Below are positions 22,214-32,671 of a stretch of 64,000 nucleotides of DNA, in pieces. The notes under the pieces were generated by a model. That model searched no databases. It was not told the DNA's origin and was given only the letters and a program-made list of their open reading frames with translations. Numbering within the stretch: position 1 is the stretch's first letter; every line of letters begins with the position of its first letter. A program made the position numbers and the translations under genes. The stretch is from Caecitellus pseudoparvulus (Eukaryota > Protista > Bigyra: Bicosoecida): positions 992,001 to 1,056,000 of the forward strand of contig CBFFRQ010000068.1 in NCBI GenBank assembly GCA_965644315.1, given 5' to 3'.

Positions 22214-23593
22214 TCACTCTCGCTTCTCCTTCTCCTGGCCGGCGGGTTTGGGTGCGGGCTTGTCACTTTGGGCTGCTAGGGAATACAGCGCTGATGCAGC
22301 AAACACGAGGCCAGCGCCGAACCAGTGGTAAGGGGAGAACGTGTTGCCAAAGAGGCGGACGGAGATGAAGAGGGACACCACTTTGCGCACCGTCATGATG
22401 AGGGTGGAGGTGAGGGGGTCGGACCAAGCCAGCAGGGTGTACACGCCCTGCACGCACACCCACTGAGACAGCACGTTCACAGCCGCGAAGAGCCACATGA
22501 TGGGCACGTCCCCAGCGGCAGCGGGCAAGGCTTGCCACAGCCACTCCACAGACACCGGCGGCGCGCCACGTGCCCAGGTCACGGTGGCGAGCACTTCCCG
22601 ACAAGGCGGTGAGGCGCTCCACACCTGTGCCTCCTGCGTCAGGGCCCCAGACATGGTGGCCAGGAGCACCACCAGCGGCAGTGTGTGCAAGTAGAAGATG
22701 CCCTCCTGGGGTGCCTTGCCGTACCGCCGCACCGTCAGGCCTTGCACGTTCCCCAGCACTGCGTTCAGGGTAACGGTGGTAGCCAGCAGCAGCAGCCCGG
22801 CACACCACGTGGCGGTGTACGGGTTCGTCGTCAAGGCGACGTGCATGTCCTGCCCCGCTGTCACCACTGCACCCCAGTCACCCCCTGTCGCCCCTGCCCA
22901 GGCGGCTGCCAGCTGGTCCCCACAGCAAGCGCTGCCTGGGCCATGCGATGCGGCGGCTGCAGCGGTGTCCCCCACTGCCGCCTCTGCGAGCGTGCAGATG
23001 GAAGCGCCCAGGGCGACGCCAAACACGGCCAGTCCCTGTGACAGGGAGTACTTGCGGCCGAACAGCAGCGCCCCGACGAGGAACGAAGCCAGCAGCCCGC
23101 CTGTGCGGAAGACCATGTGCGTGGGCTGGGAAATGTTGAAGGCGAAGGCGAGGTTGTTGGCGTACGACATGGTGCCGGACATGAGTGCCAAGCCAAGGTA
23201 CACCCAGTGTGGCACTTGTGGCGCCAGCAGCGCATTGCTCTGTGGACGTGGAGTGGCGTGTGGGGGGGGTGCACCTGTGCGAGGTGGCAGGCTCGGCCAC
23301 CGTGCCAAACGCACAGCAACCACACTGGGCAGAGCAGAGCCAGCGATGAAGAGGAACTGGAGAGTTGTGACAAGAGGTCCACTAGTCTTGCTTGCCCATG
23401 GGTTCAGGTCCTCCCTGGGCAGTGGGGCCAGAGCAGCACGTGACGTGCGTGTCGGGGTGGCGCTCGCACAGACGCATCGGTGTACGGACTTGATGAGCAG
23501 CTCCAGGGCGACGTTATTGATGCAGCATCCAATGAAGGTGAGGAGAGCCCCGAAGGCGACCTTCATGAGCGCCTCAGACTTCCCCGCCATCAT
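22214..23593 (-). CDS. SLC35B4: UAA-family nucleotide-sugar transporter (SLC35B4/YEA4-like)
   Basis: GCCINNVALELL, LVTTLQFLFIA, ANNLAFAFNISQPTHMVFRTGGL, NVLSQWVCVQGV, LIMTVRKVVSLFIS..FGNTF..HWFGAGLVF. In-frame introns are included in the ORF. Confidence 0.9.
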   Translation of the reverse strand: MMAGKSEALMKVAFGALLTFIGCCINNVALELLIKSVHRCVCASATPTRTSRAALAPLPREDLNPWASKTSGPLVTTLQFLFIAGSALPSVVAVRLARWPSLPPRTGAPPPHATPRPQSNALLAPQVPHWVYLGLALMSGTMSYANNLAFAFNISQPTHMVFRTGGLLASFLVGALLFGRKYSLSQGLAVFGVALGASICTLAEAAVGDTAAAAASHGPGSACCGDQLAAAWAGATGGDWGAVVTAGQDMHVALTTNPYTATWCAGLLLLATTVTLNAVLGNVQGLTVRRYGKAPQEGIFYLHTLPLVVLLATMSGALTQEAQVWSASPPCREVLATVTWARGAPPVSVEWLWQALPAAAGDVPIMWLFAAVNVLSQWVCVQGVYTLLAWSDPLTSTLIMTVRKVVSLFISVRLFGNTFSPYHWFGAGLVFAASALYSLAAQSDKPAPKPAGQEKEKRE

Positions 23594-23880
23594 ACACCGT
23601 GTGGGGGAGGAGAGGAAGCGAGGCTGGGCGGCTGCAATTTCCGCTCGCGAGGGCGCCTTGCTTGCAGCGCCGACGCCGCGATGCACTGCGCTTGGCAAAC
23701 TCCAGCTGTCCAGCGTGGCGAGTGAAGTGTTCACGTTGCTTTTGTGGCGGTGAATATTGGTCGTCCTGCGATCTGCCGCGCGCAGGGCGACGCCACCTTG
23801 TAGCAGCTTCAGCCAGGCTGCGTGTCCACGCGAGTGTGTGTGCGAGTTGGAACCTCGACTCAAGGCAGCGGCCGGGGTGC

Positions 23881-25596
23881 ATGGCAGGTCAAGTGCCTCC
23901 CCCACCCACTGAGTCTAGTACAGAATGCAATCCCTGGGAGGTGGACTGGCTTGATGCGCTGGATATTTCCCCAGAGGCAGACGGCAGCGTCTTGAAGCTG
24001 GTGCGTGTGTGAAACGCCGACGAAACTCGACAACCCTTCCAGCAAGTCAGCGAGCCACTGACACCGACACTCATCTCCTTACCAGGTTATCAGCCCGGGA
24101 GAGGTTCATGCTTTGGGGGGTGTGCCCGTGCACGGGTGTCGATGCGACGGTGAGTCCTGTTGGGGCATGCTACCCCTCGCTCAAGCCGCAAGCCAAGCGC
24201 AAAGTTGCTTCTTCACAGTGCATGTGACAGGCTGGCTGGCTGACTCCCACGTGATGTTCATGACGACGTATGTGATGCTGACTCGACGCCCTGTCCGCCA
24301 GGCGCCGGGACAGCCTCCCTGCCTTCGCCGTGCACAGCCGGGACAAGTGGCGTGGCAGCCTCGTGGGCGGCGCTGATGAGCCGCTCAGTGTCCACCTGCA
24401 CGAAGGTGGGAAGCCACGGCGCCCACCCAACCCATGCAACCTTGCAGGCACCCCCCCTTTCCTCCGTGTTCTGCTTCGCAGACTCCCAGCTGCCCCCCTG
24501 CCTGCACACTGCCTGTGCGAGCATGAGCCTGGGAGAGGTGGCGTGGCTGTACACGTCACCAGAGCAGGGATACGGCGCAAGTGGGGATGGTGGGCGTGTT
24601 CCACCGCATGCCGCCCTGTACTGGCACCTGCAGCTGGTGGGCTTTTCTGCGCCACAGCCCCCCCTGCCCGACCCCGCCCAGGTCAAGGCGCAGGCTGCAG
24701 AGGCGGAGGCCGCAGAGGCTGAGGCGTGGGCGCGCAACCCGCCCCCCTCATGGGACAGTCGGCTGGCCTCTGCTGCAGCCTGCCGGGCGGAGGGCAATGC
24801 CCTCTTCAAGGCCGGCGCTTGGGCCGAGGCGGGCAAGGCGTACGGTCGTGGCATGGTGCACTTGTTCCTGTCCACAGACGAAGCGAAGTTCGGTGGCGTG
24901 GTGGAGAGCACCTTGCGCGAGGTGTCTCGCGCGAAGGCCCTCTTGCACCTCAACCGCAGCGCCGCCTGCCTGCGCCAGGGCAAGTGCACAGAGGCGGAGT
25001 GGGACGCCAACGAGGCGGTGAAGCACTGTGCCGTCAGCGTGGGCGCCCTGCACGCCACCAGGGAGGCGGCAGAGGCGGCGGCAGCGCATGGGGGGGGGGC
25101 ACGCACGGACCCTTTGTGGGACACGGCCCGCAAGGCGCTGTACAGGCGCGGCTGTGCTCGCCTGGCCGCTGTGCGGCGGGGCCTGGACACGGCCCTACGT
25201 ACCCTGGACCTGTCCGGCGCCCTGGACCGGGTCCGGGCGGCCAAGGTGGACATGGAGGCTGCCGTGGGCGTGAGGGACTTTGGCGTGGTGGAGGGGCCGG
25301 GAGACCGCGGCGGGGCGTCTCTGGCGCCGCCCCCGTGCGGTGTGGACCGCCTGGTCTTCACGCCGCGGCATCCTGGGCGCAGCGTGCCGCAAGGCAGCGT
25401 GGCTGAGGCACTAGAGCGCGCACAGGCAACAGAGGTGCGTGTGCGCGTGGCGATGGAGGAGGAGGCCCGGGCTACGGCAAGCTTGTTCCGAGGCATTTTT
25501 CGAGCTCCCGACCCGCGCCCAGCGGAGGCGGAGGCGGCGGAGGAGGGTGGTGGTGACAGTGACAGCAGTGAGGGCGTGCCAGAGCTGGGTGATTGA
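23881..25596 (+). CDS. FKBP-type PPIase domain plus TPR protein
   Basis: DISPEADGSVLKL / VISPG..VHVTGWL / SMSLGEVAWLYTSPEQGYGASGDGGRVPPHAALYWHLQLVGF (FKBP fold), then TPR motifs RAEGNALFKAG, LHLNRSAACL, KALYRRG. Several short introns. Confidence 0.82.
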
Positions 25597-25643
25597 CACT
25601 GTGCTAAATTGTGACCAGGGGCAGGAAATGGGCACTCGCACGC

Positions 25644-26495
25644 TTATGCCTCGGTCTTCTCGCCCTCCGCAGCGGCGTCGAAATCCACCTCCAGGTCCTC
25701 GTCGTCACCCTCGCCGGCCTCGGCGGCGGCGGGCGCAGCGGCCATGCTGGCCATCTTCTGCAGGTACTGGAAGCTCTCAGGGCCCATCTGGGACAGGATG
25801 CTGGGCAGCAGCTCCTGGATGGCTGCGCAGGGGCAGGGGAGGGCGAGCGTGCAGCGTCAGCAAAGCAGCGTTTCGAGGAGCGCCCTCCTCATATTCCGCT
25901 CGCAACCCCACGCACACTTGGTCTGGGGGGTGCCAGTCACGACGTAGGTGTTGGCGGGGAAAGCAGCCTGGACTGTGACGCGAGAGGGCAGGGGGCAGGG
26001 GCATGAGGGAGGCTGACAGGCCAGGCGAATGGGCCGGCGCCGAGCGCGAGGCTGTGCGGGCCAGCGTTCTGCGCAGGCAGGGTGGCAGGCGGCGCCACTC
26101 ACCCTTGGGGCGCTGGAAGTGCATGATGTTGCCATCAGCCTGGAAGAAGTTGGCCTGCACAGGGGGGGGGCACACCACCAGCCGTGCAATGAGAGCCGCA
26201 GGGTGCGCAGGCAGAACCGAAGGTGCCGGGGCTGCTGGTGGGCGGGGCACTGCACTTGTGTCCCGCCGCCGCTGCACGCACCTCCTCGATGCCGGGGATG
26301 TTGTTGGTGTTCAGGCGCTTCAGGGTAGTCTGCAGGCGCTTGTCGTCGGAGCCGGCAGCCTTGGGCGCGGCCTTGCGCACACGGCGCTGTCCGCCAGTGC
26401 GTGCCTGCGCAGTGTCAGCAGAGGCGTGAACTGTGCGGGCCAGCCCGCCGGCACACGCGCCCACGCAGCGCACGCACGGCACCACCCTTGGCCAT
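25644..26495 (-). CDS. BTF3: Nascent polypeptide-associated complex beta subunit
   Basis: Five exons give MAKG / ARTGGQRRVRK..DDKRLQTTLKRLNTNNIPGIEE / ANFFQADGNIMHFQRPK / VQAAFPANTYVVTGTPQTK / IQELLPSILSQMGPES..acidic tail, ending at TAA 25646-25644. Confidence 0.95.
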
Positions 26496-26758
26496 GAGCT
26501 TGGCGCTGCAAAGGGACAATGGGTGAGTTGAGGGTGCAGGGTTCGTTGGCCGCCTCGGCAGCGGTGGCGGGACGGCTTACCGAGCAGCGGCGACCTTGGC
26601 GTCAGGCATGGCTGGTGTTGGGTTGTTGTGTGGGGTTCACAGGAACAAGCTGGGCGAAGCAGCGGCAAGCAATGCAAGCGAGCTCAAGGCAGCTGGCGTG
26701 CGTGAAGTTTGCAGTGTTGGCGGAAAGTGCCCAAACGCTGCATTTCCAATTGCCCGCC

Positions 26759-27950
26759 TCACGTGCCGGTGTGGCCAGGTTGCTTGGGGGCCATGAGAGC
26801 CGCACCTGCTTCCAGGCTGCGTGCAAACTCCTCCTCTGTGAACGTCAGCAGCCGTGCAGCCTCCATCTACGATCAGGCAGGGTGGTGTTGTCAGCGGGTG
26901 AGCCTGCGCAGCACGCATGCGGGGCACTCTCACATGCACTTTCTGGCGTTTCAGCACGTCGATCAGCTTCAGCGCCTTCTTGAACGCGTCCGCCAACTCG
27001 CCCTTCTGGCGGCTCAGGCGCCTGTTCGAAGCCTTGAGGCGTGAGACAGTCTCCTGGCTGGCGCTGTCACTCTGTGCAGAAAGGGGCCAGCGCGGGATGT
27101 CCTGCTGCGAGTGCGCAGCGCCCAACGCAGCACGCACGCTCTGCACGCCGCGCTGTGCCGCAGCCAAGCGCTCCTTCAGCGCGTCCCGCTCTGCCTCCAC
27201 GCGCTGCAGGCGCACATCAGATGCGGAGGAGTCCCCCGCCGCCGCCTTGGCCGCCTTTTTCGCTGCTGCCGTCTCCTGTCGCAACGCAGCCACCTCTCCC
27301 TCCAAACTCCGCACAGAAGCCTTGTGCGCCGAGGCTGCTGCCGTGGCCTTGTCTGCCTGCACAGACGCCGCAGCGAGCTGTTTGCGCAGCTTCTTTACTT
27401 CGATTCCATGACCTGCCACGAGGCTTTCGGCACTCTGCGCCCTCGCTGCCATGTCTACGCCGTACTGCCGCAGCGCCTTGGCGTCTGCAGCGGCAATGCG
27501 CAGCTGGGACTGTAGCCACTTCACTTGAGCTTGCAGCGGCAGCGCATCATTCACATCTGCTTGGAAGTGGATGGCGGGGGGAGCTGCGATGGCCAGGGGA
27601 GGCGTGGCGCTGGCAGCGCTGGTCGGCCGGCGGCTGCTTCGGCTGCTGCTCTGCTTGCGTCGGCCCGAGGCACCGCCGCGCACGGGAAGCTTCGAGCCAC
27701 TCGAGGGGACGCGAGGCGCCGCCGTGGTCTCATCCATGGTCGCATGCGCTGCACGCGCTGAGGGTGACAGGGGGGACGCGGGGACTGGCGCTGGACGCTG
27801 AGCGCGAGGCGGGGTGCGCGGAGAGCCACTGTCTGCCGTTGACTGCGCCGACTGCGCCGCAAGCAGGGAGGACGTGGCGGCATCCAATTCTGCATCCATG
27901 GCGAGGAGCTCGCGCTCTCTCGCGTCCAGCTCGCCTGCCGCGTGCGCCAT
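26759..27950 (-). CDS. TEX9: TEX9-like coiled-coil protein
   Basis: C-terminal signature LSRQKGELADAFKKALKLIDVLKRQKVH / MEAARLLTFTEEEFARSLE across an intron, plus SDVRLQRV and the N-terminal RERELLAMDAELD. Confidence 0.85.
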
Positions 27951-28149
27951 GTCTGGCAGACTGGTGCAGCCTGGCGCCCGTGGACTTTGCCGTTTCACGT
28001 TGAAACGCCGATGCGCAAGGCTGGCTGCTGGTCCGTGTTGCAGGGGCCGAGATAGGTGGTGTGGGTGCAGACTGTGCTTCCTTCTCAGTCCTGTCGCTTG
28101 AGGGGTTCCTTCGGGTTATGACGCTCACTGCATTCATGCCCTGGCATGC

Positions 28150-29773
28150 TCACATGCCGAAGGGGTCAAAGTGCTGAGGTGCTGGAGCCGGCGCAGGGGA
28201 CGGCGCCCCGCTGCTCAGACCAGAGAAAAAGTCATCCTCGTCTGCAGGTGCTGGGGCGGGGGCTGGCGATGGCCCAGCAGCAAAGGGGTCGAAAGGCTGC
28301 AGGGCAGGTGCCGGCGCCGGCGCGGGGGCTGGTGCGTCATGGTGCAGATCTGCGAAAACGTCCTGGGTGCCGCCCACTGCCTTGGCAGGCGCGTGAGGAC
28401 TGGCCACCTCTTTGGGAGCAGGCGCGGGGGCCATGCCAAAGGGATCGTCGGCGCCAGTCCCGCTGCCAGAGGTGCCCGCTGCGTCGCCGAAGGGGTCAAA
28501 GCTGCCGCCGCCGCCCTGCGCTGGCGCTGACGGTGCAGGGGCGCCGAACGGGTCGAAGGCAGCGGCAGAGGCGGGAGGTGCTGAGGGCCTGGGGCTCGCC
28601 TTCGGAGTGGTGCCGGAGCTGCGCGGGCTGCCCACCCCCAACCCGCCTTTGCGCCGTACCCGGGTGGAGGAGGCGGCCTTGGATGCCGCCGCCCCCCGCT
28701 TGGACGTGGCGGGGGACGAGGCGACGCCCCCTGCCAGGCCAACATCGGGGGCAGACGCGCCTTCGAAAGGGGACACCTCTGCACCAGCGCCACCCTGACC
28801 ACTGCCGCCAGCTGTCGCAGCTGCGCCGGCCTTGAGTCCAGCCTGCAGAGTGGAGATGGCGTCGTCATACCCCTTGGACACGGCCAGCTGCATGTCCTTG
28901 AACCAGCCTTGCTCCCACTGCATGAGGCGCATGGTGAGCGTGTCCATGCGCGTGCGGCACTCTTCCTCCATCTTGGTGATGGCGGCGATGAGCCCCTCCC
29001 GTTTCGCAGAAAACTCCACCTGCGCGTTGTGCAGCTTGTCCTGGTTGCGCAGCAGCTTCTCGCGGAAGGCGGCACTGGGGGGCTTGCCCGTCGCCATGCT
29101 CGTGCGCTCCTTGCTCTGCAAGTCCGCCACCTTGTCCTTGTAGTGGTCCAGCGCCACACGTTTGTCCTCCCTGCGAGGCAGCGCAGCGCTGAGGTACTGC
29201 GGCGCAGGCAGCGGCGCGTGCCCAGCGCGCCACGCACCATTCGGCGTGCAGGCTGTTGAGCGTCTCGAAGTGGTCCACCCAGTCCTTGACGTAGTCCACA
29301 ATCAGCGCGTCGAACTTGGCGCTGTACTTGGCGGGGCACTCCTCGTCCGTCCACCGATGCACGCGGTCCATGGCCATGTAGGCCTGAGCGCTCTTGCTGG
29401 TCACCTGCATGGTGGACGAGCCCTGCATGATCAAGCTCACCACCCCTGCGTTGGCAGACACTGCCGCTGACGTCATGCTCTCCTTCATCGCCGGCAGCTT
29501 CTTCGCCAACTCCTTCACGTCGGTGTACCGAGCCACGAGGCGCTGAATGGCTGCAGGGTGAAATGGCCGACGTCATGATCAGCTCGCTCTCCGCAGCGCA
29601 AGGCAGATTGGCCGCTTGCTCACCAGCATCCACTTCCGCATCTTGACTCGCCTTGGACATGCCAATGGTCTCCCAAAACTGTGCCGTGCACGAAAAGGCC
29701 GTTTCAGCAGGGTTTCGAAGCACTGTCCGCAGCGCCAGCACACCTTTCGCGCAGCCACTGTGCTTGAACTCAT
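28150..29773 (-). CDS. BAR-domain (amphiphysin-like) endocytic protein with DPF motifs
   Basis: Spliced helical N-terminus (FWETIGMSKASQDAEVD..EDKRVALDHYKDKVADL..KLLRNQDKLHNAQVEF), typical of BAR domains. The P/A-rich tail has five DPF motifs. Confidence 0.75.
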
Positions 29774-32355
29774 GGCGAAATCAAGGAGGGAAGATAAATA
29801 TGAAGTTACTTTTCAGGTCAAGGCGCCACAGCCAAGGCCACAGGGACGAAGCCGGCGCTGCGGAAAGAGCTGACGAGAGTTGCCTCGGCGTGGTGCTCCA
29901 AGGAACCCGAGCACACTGCCCCTGCCGCGAAAGACACAGCCAGCTACTGAGGAATGAACAAGTCGTCGGATACGGGTGATGACATTGAAATGTGTCACTT
30001 CTCACTCTGAGACTCTGTAGCACCCCAGCCACGCTAGAAGTGAGCCTCATCCATCCTGGCCTGCACAACTTGCAGAGGCAGGCGCCTCACGGGGCACTGC
30101 AGTCACGTGTCAGCGCAATCTTGTGGTGCAGTGTCTCCACTCCAGCAGGCTGGTGTGGCGATTGGGGCCCGCCCATGCCTCGTTCACTTTCCTCGGAAGT
30201 CTCCTTGGCTGCTGACCGGACCCACTCCGCTCCGACGCCGCGTTCGCCATCGACCAGTCGGCTGCCAGGCAGTCATGTTCAAACTACTGCATGTCTGGCC
30301 AGGATGTTACTGAGGAGATCTCTGCGTGTGCTGAGCAGGCTACGGGCTTGGTCAAACTGACATGCCAATGGAGGAGCAACGGCTCCACCGACCCACTCAC
30401 GTGCTGAGAGGTAGCGAAGCAGACGGGCGGGCCCCGCTGCTGCAGTGGCTACACGCGAGTCAGGGCAGGGGCGTTGTGCGCTGCGCGAACCACAGTCTGG
30501 CGCTGGCGGACGACACTGAAGCAGTTTCTGGCCGCTCGAGCGACAAGGTGCAGGCTTCAGCAGTTGAACTACCACAATGGACACAAAACTCCGAACCCGC
30601 TCTGAACGCTGCCGCACGCATCTCTTGCTTCTTTCATGCTCAGCTACAAACTGAAGCCCTTGTCGCCCAGTGTCTGCCATAGGCTGCTTGGCTTAGCTGC
30701 TTGCGGTAATTGCTCGAACAGAAGTGGGCAGTAGGTCGCTCAGGGCCAGTGGGAACTTTGCGTCACCCAAAGAACAAGTAAATGGCAGCAGTGGTCCCTG
30801 CCAAGGGGTGTGGTGGTGGTGGCACTGGTGAGGATGGCGCCAGTGTCACCCGACTGCTGGCGTGTCTCGAGAGGTTGCAGTCTGTGCCAGGCCGCGACAT
30901 CAAGCATGCACGCGCGCTACGAGGGCTGGCTGCAATCGGACACGACATAGCACCTGCTGTGGGTGATGATTCGCAAGATGTCGGCCTGTCCGAGCTGGAG
31001 AGCCTGCTGCGTGATGCAGGGAGTGCATTGTCTACGCTTGCGGGCCTGGACGAGAGCGGACATGCGTGTGCTGCCCTGCAGTACCTGTCCTTCCGGTGCT
31101 TCTGCGCGGTGGACGTGCTGCGGCAGGCGACATCTGGTGTAGACGTGGAAGCGTTGCCGTGTGGGGATGCGGTTTGGGGGCCGATTCTGGAGGCGTGGGA
31201 CAGCGTGCATGACGTATGTGCGGGTGTAGACACGGCCCTTGAGGGTTTGGCGCGGTGGTGGACAGAGCGCCAGGGGCGGGCTGTGTATGAAGCTGGTACC
31301 GTGGGCTGTGTGGTACTTGGAGGCGATGGGGAGGCAGCAGTCGCTGCTGCGCTGGCCTCCATGCGGCAGCAAGCAGAATGGCTGCGTGGTGGTGCAGCAG
31401 GTGGGCTGAAGAGCGAGGCAGCAGCGGCGCACTTGGACTCAGCCGTGACCGCGGTGGAGAAGCTGCGTGCTCTGTTGAAGTGTGGTGTGGGTGTGGGTGG
31501 CGGCAGGTTGAAGGCACTCCCTGGCTTGGACCTGGCCGGAGGCGTGGCGTGCAGGATGAGCAAAGATTGCAGTGTGTACCTTGCTCAAAGCCGAATCATC
31601 CCTGATGCCAAGCCCCAGGCTCTTGAAGTGGAGCACTGGGCAGCGTGTGTCGCCGCAGGTGCTGGGGCGACGAGTCAGAGTGTGTCGGCTGTGATGCGCG
31701 CAGAGGCGTTGCGAGTGGCCAGCGGACTGCCAAAGCTCGCACAGATCCCACTCTCAACGTTTCACTGGAGCATCGCTGTGCTGGGGGTGGGCCGGATGAT
31801 CCAGTGGGTGCGCAAGGCAGCGTGGATGTGCAGGTACAGTGTGAGGCAGGCTGGCCGCTGAGCAAGTTTGTGGAGGATGCAGCGTGGAGCACCGTGGATG
31901 CGAGTGTCAAGCAGCGCGTGGCTGTCAAGGTATTGGGCGTGTGTGCTGTGGCGGAGGCGTGTGGAGTGGAGCTTGGAGACGTGGGTGAAGGGAGCTTTGT
32001 GGTGGAGGGTGTGGGGGGGGGCAGTGTGGGTGATCTGGTGGAGGCACTGGATGGTGGTGAGTGTGGGGTGGTGTTGAGTTCATGTTGTAGAGCGTGGTGT
32101 CAAGAAGAAGTGGGTGGATGTTGTCTGACGTGTTGGGGGCTGTAGCTGGTGCGAGAGAGGGTGGAGCTACAGTTGATGGTTGGCTTGCTGATGCTGTGCG
32201 GCTGTTGCTAGCTGGGCGTCCGGGAAGTTGCATGGCTGCGTACTCCAGTGCCTGTGCGTCATGTAAGCGGGATGTGGCCTGCATGGCGAGCGTGGATGCT
32301 GAGGTGAATGCTTGGATGGAGAGGCAGGGTGTGAAGAAGGAGGTTGCGGGGGAAG

Positions 32356-32670
32356 AGGATGGTGGTTTCATTGCAGCGTGCAGGGACGGAGGTGTGTCTA
32401 AAGTGCGTGAACTGCTGGCGCTGACCGGATCTCGGGAGGTGGACGTGCACGTTGGGGATGAGGATGGGCCTGAGGCTGGCTTCCGAGCTGCCTGCGAGGA
32501 AGGCCACACCGCTGTGGTGCGTGAGCTGCTGGCTCTGACCGGGCACCGAGAGGTGGACGTGCATGCGAGGTTTAGGGCTGACCACGAGCATTGCTTTCTG
32601 GTCGCCTGTGACGGCGGCCACCTGGCCATCGTGCGCGAGCTGCTGGCTCTGACTGGGCACCGAGAGGTGG
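32356..32670 (+). repeat. Ankyrin repeat array, 5' block (3 x 114 bp)
   Basis: Three units of F.xACxxG..VRELLALTG(S/H)REVDVH, the last truncated at REV by the insertion. Confidence 0.9.
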
Positions 32671-32671
32671 A

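Noticed and set aside
30362-30682. 106-aa ORF upstream of the ankyrin locus
   Set aside because: No recognisable motif or splice link to neighbours, and ORFs of this size are common by chance at this GC content.
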